Origin: Alphaproteobacteria bacterium | GTDB lineage: Bacteria > Pseudomonadota > Alphaproteobacteria > RF32 > CAG-239 | DNA length: 64,000 nt | Assembly: GCA_017465405.1 (NCBI GenBank) | Contig: JAFTWG010000001.1 | Location: 9,044-73,043 of the forward strand | Reading direction: 5' to 3' | Shown here: one piece after another, positions 9,652 to 18,428 of the stretch | Layout: every line of letters begins with the position of its first letter | How positions within the stretch are numbered: position 1 is the stretch's first letter | Translations under genes and position numbers: made by a program | Notes under the pieces: model-generated | Told to the model about the DNA's origin: nothing | What the model saw: the letters and a program-made list of their open reading frames with translations, nothing else | The model's database searches: none

Positions 9652-10413
9652 TTAAAAATTTATTTCCGATAAATGTGGAAATTTTTTAACTATATATTTT
9701 ATTTCCTCATCATTAAATTTTCTGACCGAAGAATATCCTTTCAATATATCTTCGGCAAAATCTACATTTTCTTTGCCTTTTAAAAATCGACATAATTCAT
9801 AAACAAACGGCCATAAACGATGTCTGTCAAAATCTATTAAATATGCCGTATTATCAATAAAAATAAAATTAGTTAAATTCAAATCTCGATGACACAAGCC
9901 TTGCGGAAGTTTTTTCCAATTTTCATCAAAAATCACATCCTTAATCCATCTCATCTTATTCGTAATATATTTTATTAACCCGCAAAACACATATTTTATC
10001 GGATATTTGTTATAATAATTATTTCCCGATGCTACCATATTGTGCATTCTGGCAATAACAATTCCACATTGTTGTGCGGTGTTTTTATCCAAATTTTCTA
10101 TTTGTTTACCTTGCAAATATGTATGACAAGCCACAATTATTCCGTTATTTAATTCAAAAATATCAATAACATCCGGCACTTCAAGCCCTTTATCATATAT
10201 TCTTTTTTGAAAATCATTTGATAACAATGTTCGATATCTTCTCATTATGTTATTTTTCTTATTAACCAAAACAACAAAATTTTGACCATTACATTTTTTA
10301 GCTAAATAGACATCCTTATCTCGACCACCTCTTAATTCCGTTAATTCAATATGCTGATTGTATCTTTGTGTAAGAATTGCAGAAATTTCCGCTTGTTTTT
10401 TATTATTTACCAT
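9652..10413 (-). CDS. APH/choline-kinase-family phosphotransferase
   Basis: HRDLNLTN catalytic loop and IDFD Mg-binding motif; IARMH helix. Confidence 0.8.
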   Translation of the reverse strand: MVNNKKQAEISAILTQRYNQHIELTELRGGRDKDVYLAKKCNGQNFVVLVNKKNNIMRRYRTLLSNDFQKRIYDKGLEVPDVIDIFELNNGIIVACHTYLQGKQIENLDKNTAQQCGIVIARMHNMVASGNNYYNKYPIKYVFCGLIKYITNKMRWIKDVIFDENWKKLPQGLCHRDLNLTNFIFIDNTAYLIDFDRHRLWPFVYELCRFLKGKENVDFAEDILKGYSSVRKFNDEEIKYIVKKFPHLSEINF

Positions 10414-10440
10414 TATTCCAACATCCTATCCTTAAGTTAA

Positions 10441-10467
10441 AAGAAAAACCCACCTTTTTGAGGCGGG
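10441..10467 (-). terminator. intrinsic terminator between the structured RNA and the kinase start
   Basis: Minus strand CCCGCCU-CAAAA-AGGUGGG-UUUUUCUU. Confidence 0.75.
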
Positions 10468-10630
10468 CGGATGTTCGAAAACCGTAAATCAAATAAATAA
10501 AGAAACGGCTCGGCTTATTTGGCACACAGCCTTATTCACCGACATCCGTCCATGACAGAAGTCGGCACACCAGTTTAAAGTCGCTTATGCTCCGGCGACT
10601 ATTTATTTGATTTTTAGGGTTTTCGACGCC
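10465..10630 (-). ncRNA. C4-antisense-like structured RNA (10465-10553) with upstream complementary a/b target sites (10600-10626)
   Basis: Minus strand closing stem GGACGGAUGU/ACAUCCGCCC with inner stems CGGU/GCCG and GCCGU/ACGGU. Loop UAUUUAUUUGAUUU and adjacent GGUUUUCGA are exactly complementary to upstream AAAUCAAAUAAAUA and UCGAAAACC. Confidence 0.6.
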
Positions 10631-10687
10631 CTAGATAAGTTCTCACCTATCCGATTACAGAATAACCAAATTTATTAAATTAGCAAC

Positions 10688-10720
10688 AAAAAAGAACAGG
10701 GATTTCTCCCTGCTCTTTTG
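10688..10720 (-). terminator. intrinsic terminator after the PFOR gene
   Basis: Minus strand GAGCAGGGA-gaaa-UCCCUGUUC-UUUUUU. Confidence 0.8.
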
Positions 10721-10741
10721 TTTTGTTATTTGAGTTACTGA

Positions 10742-13700
10742 TTATTCAGAAACTTTATAACCGGCCATGTGTTCCAACAAACTGCGTTTTTCGGTAACAT
10801 TTTCTTGAGCTTTGTTCAACAAAGTTTCATAACGTTCCGGATTCATTTTGTTCACAATTTGGAAACGTGTTTCATTAGCCATATATTCAGACAATGGTTT
10901 TGTCGGAGCTTTAGAATCCAACATCAAAGGAGCTTTTCCTTCTGCAACATTGTCCGGATTGTAACGATACAACGGCCAGCTACCGCTTTCAACAGCAGCC
11001 TTTTGGTGATCCAAACCATCATTGAGGTTGAAACCTTGAGCAATACAGTGGCAGTATGCAATAATCAATGAAGGACCATCATAAGCTTCTGCTTCATTCA
11101 TAGCCTTAATCAATTGCATATCATTTGCACCGGCTGAAACTTGAGCTACATAAACATTGCCATAAGACATAGCAATCATACCCAAATCTTTCTTCGGCAA
11201 AGCTTTACCGGCAGTAGCAAATTTAGCACTTGCACCCATCGGAGTAGCTTTTGATTGTTGGCCACCGGTGTTAGAATATACACCTGTATCCATTACTAAG
11301 ATATTGATGTTTTTACCTGAAGCAATGGCATGATCCAAACCACCGAAGCCGATATCATAAGCCCAACCGTCACCACCTAAAATCCATAAAGATTTCTTAA
11401 TTAAGTAGTCTGCAAGCTTATTCAAATGTTTAGCTTCTTCAGTATCGATATTAGCCAAAGCAGCACGCAATTCTTTTACATTTTCACGTTGAGCATCAAT
11501 TTCAATGTCGTTAGATTGCGGATTGTTCAAGATTTTATCAGCAACAGCACCAACCTTGTCTTTCAAACCTTCTAATAAAGTTTTTGCAAAAGTTGTTTGT
11601 TGATCAATAGAAAATCTCATACCTAAACCAAATTCGGCATTATCTTCGAACAATGAGTTTGCCCAAGCCGGACCATGACCTTTTTCATCTTTAGCATAAG
11701 GAGTTGTCGGCAAGTTACCGGAGTAGATTGAAGAACAACCTGTTGCATTGGCAACAACCATTCTGTCACCAAACAATTGTGTCAACAATTTAACATACGG
11801 AGTTTCACCACAACCTGCACAAGCACCTGAAAATTCAAACAAAGGTTGAATCATTTGAGTTGTCTTCGGCAAGCTCTTAACAACTTCTGTTCTCTTTACA
11901 TAAGGTAAAGTTTCAAAGAATTTCCAGTTAGCAACTTCTGCTTCCAAATGGTTTTCAATATGATCCATGTTGAGAGCTTTTTTGCTTGCATCTTCCTTGT
12001 TCTTAGCCGGACAAGCAGAGGTACAAATACCGCAACCTGTACAATCTTCAGCAGAAATTTGCAAAATAAATTTCTTACCTGCAAATTCTTTACCTTTATA
12101 ATCTGCAGTTTTCAAAGTAGCAGGAGCATCTTTCAATTGAGCTTCGTCAGCAACTTTCATACGAATAACGCCGTGCGGACATACTAAAGAACATTTACCG
12201 CATTGGATACATACAGCCGGATCCCAAACCGGAATTTCGGTTGCAATACAACGTTTTTCATATTGTGTTGTACCTGTAGGCCATGTACCGTCAACAACTT
12301 CACTAAATGCAGAAACAGGTAATTCGTTACCTCTGTCGGCAATCAATTCTGCTGTGAGCTTTTTAACAAATTCAGGAGCATCAGCAGGAACCGGAGCCTG
12401 ACGATCAAATGTTGATGTTACATGATCAGGATATTTAACTTCGTGCATGTGAGCCAAAGAAGCATCAACAGCGGCATAGTTCTTTTGAACGATAGCATCA
12501 CCTTTTTTGCTATAAGTTTTCTTAATAGCATTTTTAATTTGTGTGATAGCTTCATCTTTTGGCAAAATGTTTGAAATTGCAAAGAAGCAAGCTTGCATGA
12601 TAGTATTGATGCGTTGTCCCATACCGGTATCACGAGCAACTTCAATAGCATTAATTGTGTAGAACTTCAATTTTTTAGAAATGATTTGTTCTTGAACTTC
12701 ACGTGGCAAGTGATCCCATACTTCTTCTGCTTTATAAGGAGCATTTAAAAGGAATGTAGCACCTTCTTTGGCAATTTTCAAAATATCAACTTTGTTCATG
12801 AATGGGAATTGGTGACAAGCAACAAAGTCCGCTTTATTAATTAAATATGCAGACTTAATCGGATTGTCAGAAAAACGCAAGTGAGAAGTGGTCATAGAAC
12901 CTGATTTACGGCTATCATAAACGAAATAGCCTTGACCATATTTACCGGCATCTTCTGCAATAATCTTAATTGAGTTTTTGTTAGCACCCACGGTACCATC
13001 AGCACCCAAACCGAAGAATACGGCACGAACAACATCTTTAGGTTCTGTGTCAATGCTGTCATCAAACGGCAATGATGTGTTGTTAACATCGTCAACAATA
13101 CCGACAGAAAAACCGTTGATAGGTTGAGCTGCAAAACCATTGTCATAAACAGCTTTAACCATACCAGGAGTAAATTCTTTTGAAGACAAGCCATAGCGAC
13201 CGCCAACAATTTTCGGCATTGATGCCAATTTGCCGTTTGCATAAGCTTGTGACAAAGTAGCTACAACATCCAAGTACAACGGTTCACCGGTAGAGCCGGA
13301 TTCTTTTGTTCTATCCAAAACAGAAACAACTTTAACTGTTGAAGGTAATGCTTTCAAGAAAGATTCTTCAGGGAACGGACGATAAAGGTGAACTTTCAAA
13401 GCACCTACTTTTGCACCGTTAGCATTCAAATATTCAATTGTTTCTTCAACTGTTTCGGCACCTGAACCCATAATAACAATAACTTGTTCGGCATCTTTTG
13501 CACCAACATAGTCAACAACATTGTATTGACGACCTGAAATTTTAGCAAACTTGTCCATTTCTTCTTGAACAATGCCTTCAACCTTTTTGTAGTACGGATT
13601 TGAAGCTTCACGACCTTGGAAGAATACGTCCGGATTTTGAGCTGTACCGCGAATAACCGGAGCTTCAGGACGCAGAGCATTTTCTGCATTGAAAGTATAG

Positions 13701-14299
13701 TTAACACCATCAAGCATTGCTCTCAAATCATCGTCAGAGAGTAATTTAATTTTTTTGATTTCGTGAGAAGTACGGAAACCATCAAAGAAGTGCAAGAACG
13801 GAACACGAGCACGCAATGTAGAAGATTGCGCAATAGCAGCCATATCGTGAGCTTCTTGAACAGAGTTAGATGCCAACATGGCAAAACCGGTTTGACGACA
13901 TCCCATAACGTCGGTGTGATCACCAAAAATTGACAATGCGTGATAAGCCAAAGAACGAGCGGCAACATGCATTACAAACGGAGATAATTCACCGGCAATT
14001 TTATACATATTCGGAATCATCAACAACAAACCTTGCGAAGCTGTAAAGGTTGTTGTTAATGCACCTGCTTGCAAAGAACCGTGGCAAGCACCTGCAGCAC
14101 CTGCTTCTGATTGCATTTCCTGAACTTCAGGAACAACACCCCAGATATTCTTTTGTTTAGCAGCAGACCATGCGTCAGCCCATTCACCCATCGGTGAAGA
14201 CGGAGTAATCGGGTAAATAACGCAGACTTCATTCATACGATGGGCAACAGAAGCTGCAGCTTCGTTACCATCCATCATTTTCATTTTTACTTCTGACAT
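10742..14299 (-). CDS. nifJ: pyruvate:ferredoxin (flavodoxin) oxidoreductase
   Basis: YPITPS, QSEAGAAG, two CxxCxxC...CP ferredoxin motifs, GACAGCGE, GGDGWAYDIG TPP motif. Confidence 0.97.
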   Translation of the reverse strand: MSEVKMKMMDGNEAAASVAHRMNEVCVIYPITPSSPMGEWADAWSAAKQKNIWGVVPEVQEMQSEAGAAGACHGSLQAGALTTTFTASQGLLLMIPNMYKIAGELSPFVMHVAARSLAYHALSIFGDHTDVMGCRQTGFAMLASNSVQEAHDMAAIAQSSTLRARVPFLHFFDGFRTSHEIKKIKLLSDDDLRAMLDGVNYTFNAENALRPEAPVIRGTAQNPDVFFQGREASNPYYKKVEGIVQEEMDKFAKISGRQYNVVDYVGAKDAEQVIVIMGSGAETVEETIEYLNANGAKVGALKVHLYRPFPEESFLKALPSTVKVVSVLDRTKESGSTGEPLYLDVVATLSQAYANGKLASMPKIVGGRYGLSSKEFTPGMVKAVYDNGFAAQPINGFSVGIVDDVNNTSLPFDDSIDTEPKDVVRAVFFGLGADGTVGANKNSIKIIAEDAGKYGQGYFVYDSRKSGSMTTSHLRFSDNPIKSAYLINKADFVACHQFPFMNKVDILKIAKEGATFLLNAPYKAEEVWDHLPREVQEQIISKKLKFYTINAIEVARDTGMGQRINTIMQACFFAISNILPKDEAITQIKNAIKKTYSKKGDAIVQKNYAAVDASLAHMHEVKYPDHVTSTFDRQAPVPADAPEFVKKLTAELIADRGNELPVSAFSEVVDGTWPTGTTQYEKRCIATEIPVWDPAVCIQCGKCSLVCPHGVIRMKVADEAQLKDAPATLKTADYKGKEFAGKKFILQISAEDCTGCGICTSACPAKNKEDASKKALNMDHIENHLEAEVANWKFFETLPYVKRTEVVKSLPKTTQMIQPLFEFSGACAGCGETPYVKLLTQLFGDRMVVANATGCSSIYSGNLPTTPYAKDEKGHGPAWANSLFEDNAEFGLGMRFSIDQQTTFAKTLLEGLKDKVGAVADKILNNPQSNDIEIDAQRENVKELRAALANIDTEEAKHLNKLADYLIKKSLWILGGDGWAYDIGFGGLDHAIASGKNINILVMDTGVYSNTGGQQSKATPMGASAKFATAGKALPKKDLGMIAMSYGNVYVAQVSAGANDMQLIKAMNEAEAYDGPSLIIAYCHCIAQGFNLNDGLDHQKAAVESGSWPLYRYNPDNVAEGKAPLMLDSKAPTKPLSEYMANETRFQIVNKMNPERYETLLNKAQENVTEKRSLLEHMAGYKVSE

Positions 14300-14474
14300 T
14301 TTATATCCTTAGGTTTAAGTTAATATAAGTTTTAGAAAAAAATTTCTGCCTCTCGTATATCACGCAATGATTCAAAAATCCACCAAAAAATATACTTTTT
14401 TCGCAATATTTAGCATTATAATTAACCATATTTTTGCAAAATAGGTTTATTATCTTTCCAATTAGGAGAATAAA

Positions 14475-14762
14475 ATGAAAAAAATACTTTTAGTAACCAT
14501 CATTTCTTTAATGATAAATGCTTGTTCAACCACCCGTGACGAAGGAAAAACTCCTCGCACTCAAGTCGGACAACTTAACGGATGTATGCTCAATGCCGTA
14601 TATGATATGAAAAACGAAGAAACATTGTTTTTCAACAATAAATGGACCGTTGCCAGTCAGATTTTAAATTCTTGTAAACGTAAATTACATCTTACAAGCC
14701 GAGACATAAATGAAACTCAAAGTATGAGTATCATCATAAGTGTTATAGATTCGCTTAAATAG
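14475..14762 (+). CDS. hypothetical lipoprotein
   Basis: Signal peptide with INAC lipobox; AGGAG RBS. Confidence 0.7.
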   Translation: MKKILLVTIISLMINACSTTRDEGKTPRTQVGQLNGCMLNAVYDMKNEETLFFNNKWTVASQILNSCKRKLHLTSRDINETQSMSIIISVIDSLK

Positions 14763-14770
14763 GACATAAA

Positions 14771-15499
14771 ATGCCGGAATATACAAACGACTATCTTCTT
14801 GATAAGCAAATAAAAATTTTTCAGCCGATAAACGGCTATCGTGCATCAAGCGATGCCGTTATGCTTTCCGGTGCTGTTAAAAACATTAAAAACGGCGAAA
14901 AAGTTTTGGATATGGGATCCGGAACCGGAGCTATTTCGCTCTGTTTGGCCCAACGCTTCCCCAATGCCGTTATCTCGGGAATAGAACTGCAAAGCGAACT
15001 GGCTGAATTGTCAAATTTAAGTGCAAAATCAAACAATTTTACAAACCTGTCATTTATAAATAGCGATTTAAGAACTCCGAATAGTCAATGGTATAATAAA
15101 TTTCATCATGTTATAACCAATCCTCCCTACTCTGACCATGATATGCCGTCCCCAAACGAAAGCAAATCACAAGCTCATAATTTTCAAAATTTTAATCTGA
15201 CCGAATGGTTACAATTAGGATTGAAATGCTTACGACCTAATGGTTGGATTTATACCATAAATCGTGCTGAAGCCATAGATGAAATTCTTTATGCTTTTCA
15301 TAAAAAAGTCGGCGACATTACAATTATTCCGTTTTATTCCAAAGTCGGACAAAACGCCAAACGAGTAATTGTCTGTGCACGCAAAAATTCAAAAGGACCG
15401 ACTAAAATTTTGTCGGGAATAACCATTCATGACAGCAACGGAAATTATACCCCGAAAGCCGAAGCAATTTTGCGTAACGGAAACAGCTTATTTGATTAG
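14771..15499 (+). CDS. N6-adenine methyltransferase, tRNA1(Val) TrmN6/YfiC-like
   Basis: Q...GYR...DA, VLDMGSGTG, NPPY, AKRVIV motifs. Confidence 0.85.
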   Translation: MPEYTNDYLLDKQIKIFQPINGYRASSDAVMLSGAVKNIKNGEKVLDMGSGTGAISLCLAQRFPNAVISGIELQSELAELSNLSAKSNNFTNLSFINSDLRTPNSQWYNKFHHVITNPPYSDHDMPSPNESKSQAHNFQNFNLTEWLQLGLKCLRPNGWIYTINRAEAIDEILYAFHKKVGDITIIPFYSKVGQNAKRVIVCARKNSKGPTKILSGITIHDSNGNYTPKAEAILRNGNSLFD

Positions 15500-16062
15500 T
15501 TACGACTGTAAAACAATAGATTGTTTTCTCCTTGATATTGTGCTCTTTGTAAAGCAATTATTGCTTCTTCAACTAAATTTTTAGCTTTTATATCCTGCCC
15601 TATATACACACTTACTCCCATACTGGTAAGAACTTTATCTCCCTTTTTGGTCGGAGTTCGAAAAATGGTACGAATTTTGCTTAATTCCAATTCTATTTCT
15701 TCTTGAGAATTTAAATTCGGCATCATAATCCAGAACGTATACCTGATTCCTCGTGCAATAGTATAATTAGCCGGAAGATACATCAACATTCTTTCTGCCA
15801 TTTCTTTTATTATTCCGTCAGGACTGTCAAAAAAATTATAATTATCGACATTAATACCCAAAACCACGATTTTATTTCGTTTTAATCGAATATCTTTATG
15901 GCTTTCATTATTTATGGCAGTTTGCAGACGGTCCTCAAACAAATAATAACTGACCAAACCGGTTAAATCATCATACATACATGATGTTATTTTTTCGTCA
16001 GGATCTCGTAATTCGTTTGAAATCCCCCGTCTGACAAAGCCATATCTGATTTCTTCTTCCAC
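15496..16062 (-). CDS. degenerate GGDEF-domain protein
   Basis: D.LTGL...LFEDRL, VD.YN, SMGVSVY, AL.RA motifs; active site reads RGIRYTF instead of R.GGDEF; GTG start. Confidence 0.7.
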   Translation of the reverse strand: MEEEIRYGFVRRGISNELRDPDEKITSCMYDDLTGLVSYYLFEDRLQTAINNESHKDIRLKRNKIVVLGINVDNYNFFDSPDGIIKEMAERMLMYLPANYTIARGIRYTFWIMMPNLNSQEEIELELSKIRTIFRTPTKKGDKVLTSMGVSVYIGQDIKAKNLVEEAIIALQRAQYQGENNLLFYSRN

Positions 16063-16124
16063 TTTGTGCCTCCATTATTTTTTATAGTTATAATATTGGC
16101 ACAAAGTTTCTAAAAACAACCCGA

Positions 16125-16994
16125 CTACTGCATAATATTATTACGAATTTTTCGAATGGAGTTCAGTTCAATTTGACGCACTCTTTCTTTTGAAATGGCA
16201 TAAAATTTACTCAAATCATCTAATGTTACCGATTTTTCACACAAACGTCTTTTGAACAAAATATCTTTTTCACGCGGATTTAGACATTCAAAAGCCTTGT
16301 TAAGAGCCTTTTTTCTTTGCTGCATAATTTCGCTTCGACAATAAATTTCTTCTTGGTTGGGTTTATTATCTGCAATAAAATCCATCAATTCGCTTCCGTT
16401 ATCGGAACTGCTGTCAACCAACACATTTAACGATCCGTCATGCGATTTAAGACGCATATTCATATCAGTAACATCTTGCACACTGACATCTAAAGAAGTG
16501 GCAATATTTTTTATTACATCGTGAGAAAGTTCTCTATCATCTATTAAGTTCAAACGATTCTTCATTTTTCGTAAATTAAAAAATAGTTTTTTCTGTGCTG
16601 AGGTTGTTCCTATTTTTACCAAAGACCACGAATTTAACACATATTTTTGAACCGAAGCTCTAATCCACCATAAAGCATAGGTTGAAAAACGAAAACCTTT
16701 TTCCGGATCAAATTTATCAACCGCATATAAAAGCCCCATATTACCTTCGGCAATCATTTCGGATACCGGCAAACCATAACCTTTGAACTTGGAAACAACT
16801 TTTACCACTAAGCGCAAATGAGAAGTAACCAGTTTATAAGAAATTTTAGCATCACGTGTTTTGATATATTCAGTCGCAAGCAGATATTCTTCGTCAGGAC
16901 TCAATATCGGAAAATTGCGAATATTTTGCAAATATCTCGATAAATTTGTTTCAGGAGAAAATTCTTCTATTCCAAATGCGACTTCATTATTCAT
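16125..16994 (-). CDS. rpoH: RNA polymerase sigma-32 factor
   Basis: SHLRLVVK, FDPEKGFRFSTYA.WWI, RpoH box QKKLFFNLR, SKERVRQIE; start taken at MNNE after AAGGAG. Confidence 0.93.
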   Translation of the reverse strand: MNNEVAFGIEEFSPETNLSRYLQNIRNFPILSPDEEYLLATEYIKTRDAKISYKLVTSHLRLVVKVVSKFKGYGLPVSEMIAEGNMGLLYAVDKFDPEKGFRFSTYALWWIRASVQKYVLNSWSLVKIGTTSAQKKLFFNLRKMKNRLNLIDDRELSHDVIKNIATSLDVSVQDVTDMNMRLKSHDGSLNVLVDSSSDNGSELMDFIADNKPNQEEIYCRSEIMQQRKKALNKAFECLNPREKDILFKRRLCEKSVTLDDLSKFYAISKERVRQIELNSIRKIRNNIMQ

Positions 16995-17062
16995 TTTTTT
17001 ACACTCCTTTTCTGCTATTTTTTTATACAATGATAGTCCGGAGTGCATTGTTAGATATTTTT

Positions 17063-18061
17063 TTATTTTTGGGTAGACACAATTTTTAGTGCACAGTGTA
17101 CGAAAATTTCGTACACATCTTTTGGTATAGGTGCTTCAAATTGTAAAAATTGTTTTGTTCTCGGGTGTTCAAAACCAAGCGATGCTGCGTGCAGAGCTTG
17201 ACGCGGAAAGGAATTTATAAAATTTTTGACTTCGGAAGTAAGACCTTTTATCTGTATCTTTCCCGATTTTTCATACACCTTATCTCCGACTAAATTACAG
17301 CCGATTGACGACATATGAACTCTGATTTGATGTGTTCTTCCGGTTTCAAGATTACATTTTACCAAACTTATTGCCTGATTATAATTATCTATTGTTTTAT
17401 AATGAGTTATTGCATGTTTACCGCCATTTGAAACTATTGCCATTTTCTTTCTGTCAAAACGACTACGAGCAATATTTCCTTCTATTGTACCATTTAACGG
17501 ATTTGGCATTCCGTAAACAACCGCATAGTATGTACGTTCGATACTGTGTTTAAAAAATTGTTCAGATAACCCTTTATGAGCCATATCATTTTTGGCAACC
17601 ACCAACAAACCACTGGTATCTTTATCGATTCGGTGCACAATTCCCGGACGTTTTACCCCTCCGATTCCCGACAAACTGTCTTTACAATGATATAGCAGAG
17701 CATTAACCAAAGTTCCGCTTTTGGCACCGGGAGCAGGATGCACGGTCATTCCTGCTGGTTTATTAACTACCAATAAATCATCATCTTCATAAATTATATC
17801 GAGAGGAATATTTTCCGGTTGCGGGATAGCATCCTCGGCTTCAGGCAGAATTATGCAAAAACTATCTCCTAAACGAACCTTAAAATCATTGTCGCTTATT
17901 ACATTTTCATCTGTACTCACACTTCCGGAAGCAATCAATTTTTGAATCATTGACCGAGAATATCCGGTTAAATCAGAACTCAAAAACTTATCCACACGCA
18001 GTCCTACTTCAGACTCGGTTACCGGATTCGAAAAAATTATGTTGTTATCCTCAATATTCAT
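17063..18061 (-). CDS. rluD: RluA-family pseudouridine synthase
   Basis: S4 domain, NKPAG..VHP, HRIDKDTSG, ETGRTHQIRVH, RQALHA; start approximate. Confidence 0.92.
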   Translation of the reverse strand: MNIEDNNIIFSNPVTESEVGLRVDKFLSSDLTGYSRSMIQKLIASGSVSTDENVISDNDFKVRLGDSFCIILPEAEDAIPQPENIPLDIIYEDDDLLVVNKPAGMTVHPAPGAKSGTLVNALLYHCKDSLSGIGGVKRPGIVHRIDKDTSGLLVVAKNDMAHKGLSEQFFKHSIERTYYAVVYGMPNPLNGTIEGNIARSRFDRKKMAIVSNGGKHAITHYKTIDNYNQAISLVKCNLETGRTHQIRVHMSSIGCNLVGDKVYEKSGKIQIKGLTSEVKNFINSFPRQALHAASLGFEHPRTKQFLQFEAPIPKDVYEIFVHCALKIVSTQK

Positions 18062-18138
18062 ATATTTTTCATACTTTATAAATAAACTCTCTGCTATATT
18101 AATAAAGAGTAATCTCTTAAAATGCAAGGATATATAAA

Positions 18139-18420
18139 ATGAATCGTTTGAAAGCGCTGAAAATAGTTGTCTTTGTCTTTACATTTTTATTGGTTTTTGG
18201 TACTATCTCTCTGGTAGGGATATTGTTTAATCGTGCTAAAAACTATGATAAAGCAATATCTTCGGCAAATTTGGGCTTATCTGCCGGTGCAGAAATTAAG
18301 CAAATTGCTGCAGATGAGGGATTGCTCTATTTATTGGTATCTGTTCCTGAAAAAACAGATGAAATTATTATTTTCAACCCTGTAAAGGCTAAAATTGTAT
18401 CTAATATCACACTAAATTGA
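18139..18420 (+). CDS. small membrane-anchored hypothetical protein divergent from rluD
   Basis: N-terminal TM helix followed by a beta-rich tail; AAGGA RBS. Confidence 0.7.
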   Translation: MNRLKALKIVVFVFTFLLVFGTISLVGILFNRAKNYDKAISSANLGLSAGAEIKQIAADEGLLYLLVSVPEKTDEIIIFNPVKAKIVSNITLN

Positions 18421-18428
18421 GGATTGCG

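Noticed and set aside
16096-16112. Sigma54-like TGGCAC site
   Set aside because: The -12 element reads TTCT rather than TTGC and it points antisense into rpoH; it is better explained as one arm of an inverted repeat
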